From contig JAERST010000001.1 in the NCBI GenBank assembly GCA_016845365.1, forward strand, positions 79,666-143,665: a stretch of DNA of 64,000 nucleotides, read 5' to 3'. The first letter of the stretch is position 1; each line of letters starts with the position of its first letter. Of this stretch, positions 58,467-64,000 are shown piece by piece. The stretch comes from Methanobacteriota archaeon (GTDB lineage Archaea; Thermoplasmatota; Poseidoniia; Poseidoniales; Thalassarchaeaceae). Below the pieces are notes generated by a model that searched no databases, was not told the DNA's origin, and saw nothing but the letters and a program-made list of their open reading frames with translations. The translations under genes were made by a program, and so were the position numbers.

Positions 58467-59537
58467 TCATTTTTCGAGGTCAATCCAAGCAGAAGTAGCC
58501 GGTCCCTCGCGCGGATGAGCTGGCAAATCAGAGCCAACACTCTCGATCATTTTGTCCCAATCGTGCGAAAGCGAGACGGTCGCACTCTCAACATTCGCAA
58601 GCGCAACCACGCGCTCAGCAGAAAGCGTGTGCCAACCGTTGTCTGAAATCAATTCTATTCGAATCTCGACGTGAACATCTGAGAAAACCATATCTCCCTC
58701 AGGGTCATGGAATGTAGATTCCATCGCCAAATCGAAATTTTCCTCGGCCTGACGCATCAATGCACCGACTTGGCGATGACGAACCAACAAAGCGACCCTG
58801 TCGAGTAAAGCGGCACTCAGACCACCAATCAGATTGTCGTGCACCCACCAAACAGTTTCACCCTCGACCTCCGACAAGCGGTCCACTAGGGTTCGTGGGT
58901 AACCCGTCCGAGCAATCAACACAATCAGGTCAGCATAAGGAACTGGAAGGTATCGGTCACCCTCACGCTCAGCAGGGTCAACCCCCAAAACGTGGCGTCG
59001 AGCACTGCTCCGAATGGAATCGTAAACCTCTCGCGAAGTCACGAACCCGTCTATCTCGCCACGCCTCCGTAAGTCCTCCATCCAACGCGCAACCCCAAGG
59101 GAATCCTCAGGCAAATCATCCATCGAATGAATTCCAGCGAAGGCAGTAGGCGAAAGCACCCTCAAGCCTCGACGAGACCGCCGAAGCTGACGACGAATAA
59201 TTCGCTCAGCACACAGAATGATTCCACCCTTCGGCTGATACCAAACCTTGTCCTCGCTCACCAAAACGCGAGCAAGCCGGTGTGGAGTCCGAGCACCAAC
59301 AACCTGACACCCAGCAGAAAGCACGTCAATTTGACGACCGTGAATCAGCGCAGCAGGAACCGCAAGAAGGTCGACTTCACCCTCTCCAAGAATTGCCAAA
59401 CCCTCCTCCAAAGAGGACACGGCGGCCAATTCTAACTCGAGTTCGGCCGCCGCCTCACTCGCTGAAAAATCTTCCAGACGCCTCGATGTGATGCAGTGCG
59501 GGTGGTCCAGAGTAGCGACATTGAGTCGGTTTTCCAC
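58467..59537 (-). CDS. hypothetical protein (GTG start at 59537 or 59546; the longer ORF overlaps idsA)
   Basis: The long ORF was trimmed because its first ~98 codons are antisense to idsA. No confident motif. Confidence 0.4.
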   Translation of the reverse strand: MENRLNVATLDHPHCITSRRLEDFSASEAAAELELELAAVSSLEEGLAILGEGEVDLLAVPAALIHGRQIDVLSAGCQVVGARTPHRLARVLVSEDKVWYQPKGGIILCAERIIRRQLRRSRRGLRVLSPTAFAGIHSMDDLPEDSLGVARWMEDLRRRGEIDGFVTSREVYDSIRSSARRHVLGVDPAEREGDRYLPVPYADLIVLIARTGYPRTLVDRLSEVEGETVWWVHDNLIGGLSAALLDRVALLVRHRQVGALMRQAEENFDLAMESTFHDPEGDMVFSDVHVEIRIELISDNGWHTLSAERVVALANVESATVSLSHDWDKMIESVGSDLPAHPREGPATSAWIDLEK

Positions 59538-59626
59538 AGCGTCCACCTCAGGGGGGGAGCACGCAACGTGCCCAGCCGCGGGGCCGCACACCCGTTGATA
59601 TAGGCAACCCCTCACGACGAAACGCC

Positions 59627-60607
59627 ATGGTCTCACTTCGAAACGCTCGCCGCAGCCTAGAGCAGCGTCGCGACCGAGTAGAGGAAGCACTGGAGAATCT
59701 AGTGCAAGAGCGCTTGACCAAGAGCGACGCGCCTGCGATGAGCCTTGCTCGCGATATTCTGCTGGCGGGAGGCAAGAGGATTCGGCCGGTATTGGCTTTG
59801 GTAGCATACGAGGCCGCCGGCGGCGATGACGTTGATTCGGTGATGGATTTGGCACTCGCCGCCGAGTTAATTCACACAGCAACTTTGGTTCACGACGATA
59901 TTTACGACCAGTCGAAGACACGCAGGGGAGTTCCTACTCTGCACTCTTCTCATGGGATTTCGCATGGGATAATCGCAGGAGACTACCTTTTCGTGCTTGG
60001 TTTTTCATTGGGTGGCAGGTGTGAGGAGAGAATCGTAAATCGTATGGGGGAATCCGCTGCGAACATCGCTACTGGAGAGCTATTGCAACACAAGCACATT
60101 GGCGACCTCGGGACGACTCCAGAGGATTACTATGCGATTATCGATGGCAAAACCGCAGGGCCATTCGCGAGTGCCTGTGCTTGCGCGGCGATGTTCGCCG
60201 AGGCTTCTGAGGGCGTCGTTGAAACTCTCAGCGAGTTTGGTTGGGAGGTCGGCAGGGCCTTCCAATTGGTCGACGATTTGTTGGATTTGACCGGCGACCC
60301 TTCGATGGGCAAGCCGCGTGGGACTGATGTTCACGATGGCAAGATGACCCTGCCGATTATTCACGCTCTGACGATGCTTCATGGTGTTGAGCGTGAGCAA
60401 CTCGCCGATGTATTGCAGAATTTCAGTGATGACCGCTGGGGCGAGTTGACCGAATTATTGGAGAGTGCTGGTTCATTCGATTATACTCGACAATTGATTC
60501 AAAATCACATCGAAAGAGCGCACGCCTCGCTTGATATTTTGCCAGATTCCGAGGCGAAATCACTGATGATTGAACTCGCTAAGCGATCTCAGCGTCGCCG
60601 AATCTGA
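59627..60607 (+). CDS. idsA: polyprenyl (geranylgeranyl) diphosphate synthase
   Basis: FARM LVHDDIYD and SARM FQLVDDLLD. Confidence 0.85.
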   Translation: MVSLRNARRSLEQRRDRVEEALENLVQERLTKSDAPAMSLARDILLAGGKRIRPVLALVAYEAAGGDDVDSVMDLALAAELIHTATLVHDDIYDQSKTRRGVPTLHSSHGISHGIIAGDYLFVLGFSLGGRCEERIVNRMGESAANIATGELLQHKHIGDLGTTPEDYYAIIDGKTAGPFASACACAAMFAEASEGVVETLSEFGWEVGRAFQLVDDLLDLTGDPSMGKPRGTDVHDGKMTLPIIHALTMLHGVEREQLADVLQNFSDDRWGELTELLESAGSFDYTRQLIQNHIERAHASLDILPDSEAKSLMIELAKRSQRRRI

Positions 60608-60647
60608 GGTGTCAGGCTGGCGAGCGCCGAAATTGGTGGGCGAGAAA

Positions 60648-61778
60648 ATGGTTGAGCGAGGCGAGTCGACGCAAGGCGAGTCTGAGCGAACCGACTGGGA
60701 TGTCATCGTGATAGGCGGTGGGCCTGCCGGTTCGACGGCCGCCCGTTACGTGGCCGAGGGAGGGCGCGACGTTCTGGTCATCGATGGGCGTGAATCCATC
60801 GGCTCGCCTCTGCAATGTGGCGAATTGGTGCCGACCAATGATGAGATGCGTCGGCTTTGCCCCGATGTTCCTGACCTCGATGATTTACTGCAAACTCCCG
60901 AGCGGGCGATATCGCTACGCATGAGCGAAATGCACCTTGTTCCTCCTTCGGGCAAGCCACTTCGTTACCCCTTCGAGGGACTGATGCTCAACCGTGTCGC
61001 TCACGACGAATGGTTGGTCGAGCTGGCGAAATCGAAGGGGGCAGAATATCTGACGAGCGCACGCGTAGAGTCGGTTGAAGGCGAGCGCGTCGTACTGCGC
61101 GATGGACGTGAGTTTAGCGCGCGAGTCATCGTCGGCGCAGGCGGGCATAATGACCCACTGCGCCGCAGTCATTGGAATGAATCAAGCCTCAAAATCCCCG
61201 TAAAATTCGTCTTGATGAACGGCGATTTTGGCGATGCAGTCGAACTCCATTTCGGAGGCATGGCTCCGGGAGGTTACGCGTGGATGTTCCCCAAATCAGG
61301 TGGTGCGAATATTGGCGTAGGTATCCAGAATAAGTTTGCTAAGGGGCGTTCATTGAATCTCTTCACAGAGGATTTCGTCGGGCGCTATTCGGGTGAAATC
61401 ACGTTCACCGGTGCGGGTTCTCTCCCAATGTCGGGAACCATCGATTCCTTCGTCAAGGGAAACCACCTACTCGTTGGCGACGCCGCGGGAATGGTCCTGC
61501 CCTCAAACGGGGCTGGGATAACCATCGCCATGATCGGTGGGCGAATCGCTGGCAAAGCGATAGTCGCCCACCTCGATTCCGGCGCATCACTTCACGAATA
61601 CGAGGCTGAGTGGAAGCGACAGATGGGTGCCGTGATGCGCAATTCGAAGCGCTCATTCCGAATTGGCAGCTGGATTATGCGACTTCCGGATTGGGTGCTA
61701 AACCTCGCCTTCAATCCGCTGACCAAGCCATTCGTCTGGCGCTTCGTCACCTGCCGAAAACCATTCTTCATCTACTAA
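60648..61778 (+). CDS. geranylgeranyl reductase family flavoprotein (archaeal lipid saturation)
   Basis: WDVIVIGGGPAGSTAARYVAEGGRDVLVID FAD fold, plus LVGDAAG. Directly downstream of idsA. Confidence 0.85.
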   Translation: MVERGESTQGESERTDWDVIVIGGGPAGSTAARYVAEGGRDVLVIDGRESIGSPLQCGELVPTNDEMRRLCPDVPDLDDLLQTPERAISLRMSEMHLVPPSGKPLRYPFEGLMLNRVAHDEWLVELAKSKGAEYLTSARVESVEGERVVLRDGREFSARVIVGAGGHNDPLRRSHWNESSLKIPVKFVLMNGDFGDAVELHFGGMAPGGYAWMFPKSGGANIGVGIQNKFAKGRSLNLFTEDFVGRYSGEITFTGAGSLPMSGTIDSFVKGNHLLVGDAAGMVLPSNGAGITIAMIGGRIAGKAIVAHLDSGASLHEYEAEWKRQMGAVMRNSKRSFRIGSWIMRLPDWVLNLAFNPLTKPFVWRFVTCRKPFFIY

Positions 61779-61793
61779 TTAGATAGGATGCAC

Positions 61794-62579
61794 TCATCTG
61801 GAACTGTAATGCTGCTCATTAGCGATTTCCATCATCCCTGACATTAGTGCAGCAATATATTCCATCTCTGGCTCATAAACCACCCCAAGTCCACCGATTG
61901 GTAAAATAAATTCATCATCTATTACTACAGCAAGGGAGTTTGTCCCCATTGGGCCATCCATAGTGCAAACTCCTGTCATACTGGAATCGCCAATTCTCCA
62001 AGGAAGACCTCCATATTGCCAATGTCCTCTCCAAAAAACCCCTAAATTGGTAATCATTAGTCCATTTTTAGGAGCGAAAATAGCCGTTTTTTCATCTAAT
62101 ATAGCGAATACATCTGTTTCCTTAAACATACCATTTACGCGGAATCGGTCATTGGAAATCCCATTATTGAGTTTCTTTGCAGGAATATTAGGTGCTAGAT
62201 ATAGATTGCAATTCTTTACCGGCCTCTGTCCCATAAGGCTGACTTTAGGAAAATCTGGAGCAGTTGATAGCACAGTATTTACTGAATCATCAAAGACTAA
62301 TTCTTGAATATCTTCCTGCAAGAATAATTGATGATCAATGTCTTCACCATCTGGAGTAAGGAAAAATGTCCATTCTGAATATTTTGACAACATATGTTGA
62401 CCTAATTCATCTGGATCTTCGAATGGGTCTTGGAAATCTGCAACGGGACCTAATTCGAAAACAGCTTGGCATTGAGGACCTTGCATCACGTTAATGTAAT
62501 GATAGATTTGGTAGCTGAGTTTCATTAATTCTTCTTCACTTGGTTCATCCTCGCTCGGTGAATCCTCAGCAGCGACCAT
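61794..62579 (-). CDS. hypothetical protein in the A+T-rich terminal segment
   Basis: 261-aa ORF with an acidic N-terminus and no motif recognised. Confidence 0.45.
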   Translation of the reverse strand: MVAAEDSPSEDEPSEEELMKLSYQIYHYINVMQGPQCQAVFELGPVADFQDPFEDPDELGQHMLSKYSEWTFFLTPDGEDIDHQLFLQEDIQELVFDDSVNTVLSTAPDFPKVSLMGQRPVKNCNLYLAPNIPAKKLNNGISNDRFRVNGMFKETDVFAILDEKTAIFAPKNGLMITNLGVFWRGHWQYGGLPWRIGDSSMTGVCTMDGPMGTNSLAVVIDDEFILPIGGLGVVYEPEMEYIAALMSGMMEIANEQHYSSR

Positions 62580-62833
62580 ACCATGTGTTACTCATGGATA
62601 GAAATAAGGATGTTGCCGGCATCTAATTCTGATTGACATTTCAGACAATCACAATATAATCAATTATCAGACAAATCAATGGGTTTGCAGCCCGCCGTTT
62701 CACAGGGTACCCTTTAGATCGAGATAAATCGATGATAAATCAGAGGGTTTCTGGCAACATATTCCAAACCTATTGCATTGTATTGTAAGTAATTTTGGAG
62801 ATTATGATATGGTATTGCAACTGATGACTCCGC

Positions 62834-64000
62834 ATGGAATCAGTCATTAGAGGTGCTCGGAATGTCAAAAGAAAACCAGTTAGAAGCATCGGAGTAATCA
62901 TAATCATCGGATTTTCACTCGCGATTTTCCTGACATCGAGCATCGTTGCATCAAGCATTGAGGCACAAGCAGCAGCTCTGGAAGATAGCCTCGGTAGGAA
63001 GGTAATTATCACCAGTTCGGACGCGAGTTTCGACAGTTCTGCTTCAATTGACGAAGATATTCTCAGCCTTACCAATAACATAAGTGCGATTGAATCCGTT
63101 CAAACATTTGTAACGGATATCGATAGGTCCGGAATTAATGATCTTCTTGCTCAAGGAGGTCCTCCTAATCCAGAGGCCCTACGAGCAGCGGTTAGGTTCA
63201 TTTCTGGCCAGAACCTAAGTTCGGAGTTGGAAGGATTTGTTTCTGAAGAGTTGGTTTTAGTAAATGGCAGAATGCTCAATGATTCTGATGCCGGTTTGAA
63301 CAACGTATTGTTAGGAGTAGATAGCGCTCTCGCAAATGGGATTTTAGTAGGCGACTCTATTCAACTGAATGGTATTTCTCTAAATGTAGTCGGCTTAGTT
63401 TCTGGAGATGTTTTTCAGACAAACGCTACAATTTTGATGAGTGTCGAAATGGCACAAATAATTACAGAAACATCAGGATTTGACAAGGTCGTTGTGACAA
63501 TTGAATCAATAGAATTGGTCGATGATGTGATGAATATTTTGCAATCTGAATATGGTGATGAGTTGACAATTCAGACTGCATCGGAACAGGAGGGAGATGA
63601 TATCGCTCAATCAATTGATACGATTGGTGGAAACGCAGATTTAGGCGCGATGGCTGCCCTTTTTGCCTCTATGTTAGTTGTAGGTTTCATAATGGTAATC
63701 ATTACCAAAGAAAGGGTAAATGAAATTGGTGTTCTGAAAGCCATTGGCCTACCTAATACTAAAATTGTGACACAGTTTTTGAGTGAGTCAATTTTCATGG
63801 CCTCATTAGGATTTTTAGTTTGTATTGTAATAACTTTAGTGGCAGGTCCAATGATGCAAACGATGCTAATTGAATCTAGTTCTGATAATTCATCATCAAG
63901 TGAACAGGGATCAAGTCCGCAGTTCTCACCTGGTCAAATCCTCAACCCAACACCTGAATCATCATCAATGGATTCAATCACTTCGTTGGAGTTCTCTGTG
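62834..64000 (+). CDS. FtsX/MacB-like ABC transporter permease, 3'-truncated by the window end
   Basis: Not in the ORF track because no stop falls in the window. I translated it by hand from ATG 62834 with no stop through 64000. It has an N-terminal TM helix (SIGVIIIIGFSLAIFL), a large extracytoplasmic domain, then the FtsX core ERVNEIGVLKAIGLPNTKIVTQFLSESIFMA. Confidence 0.7.
   Translation, partial: MESVIRGARNVKRKPVRSIGVIIIIGFSLAIFLTSSIVASSIEAQAAALEDSLGRKVIITSSDASFDSSASIDEDILSLTNNISAIESVQTFVTDIDRSGINDLLAQGGPPNPEALRAAVRFISGQNLSSELEGFVSEELVLVNGRMLNDSDAGLNNVLLGVDSALANGILVGDSIQLNGISLNVVGLVSGDVFQTNATILMSVEMAQIITETSGFDKVVVTIESIELVDDVMNILQSEYGDELTIQTASEQEGDDIAQSIDTIGGNADLGAMAALFASMLVVGFIMVIITKERVNEIGVLKAIGLPNTKIVTQFLSESIFMASLGFLVCIVITLVAGPMMQTMLIESSSDNSSSSEQGSSPQFSPGQILNPTPESSSMDSITSLEFSV

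Overview
Archaeal chromosomal segment. The archaeal assignment rests on nop5-flpA, RFC small subunit, RPA plus an RPA-associated protein, gatD, pelota, GGPP synthase plus geranylgeranyl reductase, and a tRNA with an intron at position 37/38. These sit among many bacterial-type repair and metabolic genes (Fpg, SMUG1-like UDG, RNase PH, IcmF, PccB, acyl-CoA ligase). By inference only, the source could be a planktonic heterotrophic euryarchaeote of the Poseidoniales / Marine Group II type; this was not verified. I recognise about 60 protein genes and 2 tRNAs (an intron-containing tRNA-CAU and tRNA-Phe). I found no rRNA, CRISPR array, transposase or integrase. The main finding is a visibly A+T-richer block at about 10.3-18.4 kb. 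It encodes a small beta-grasp-like protein ending in GG-N, an E1(ThiF-like)::JAB(JAMM) fusion protein, an overlapping 79-aa ORF and a divergent TFB/TFIIB-like protein. It also encodes two translationally coupled giant paralogs, each with an N-terminal Cys4 knuckle and an internal UBC(E2)-like H-P...C segment, and a double zf-TFIIB-type zinc-ribbon protein. I read this as a candidate self-contained, previously uncharacterised ubiquitin-like conjugation (or Ubl-dependent) system. Other points: two families of intergenic repeats, one a stem-closed structured element that abuts stop codons; a 427-bp direct duplication (VOC gene plus leader) bracketing a 3.5-kb cassette of secreted and transport genes; an amnB/amnA/RidA-like trio; an APC permease fused to EF-hands; and 3x18-nt tandem repeats upstream of a PI-PLC-like gene. 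All functional calls come from motif recognition by eye and no database search was run.
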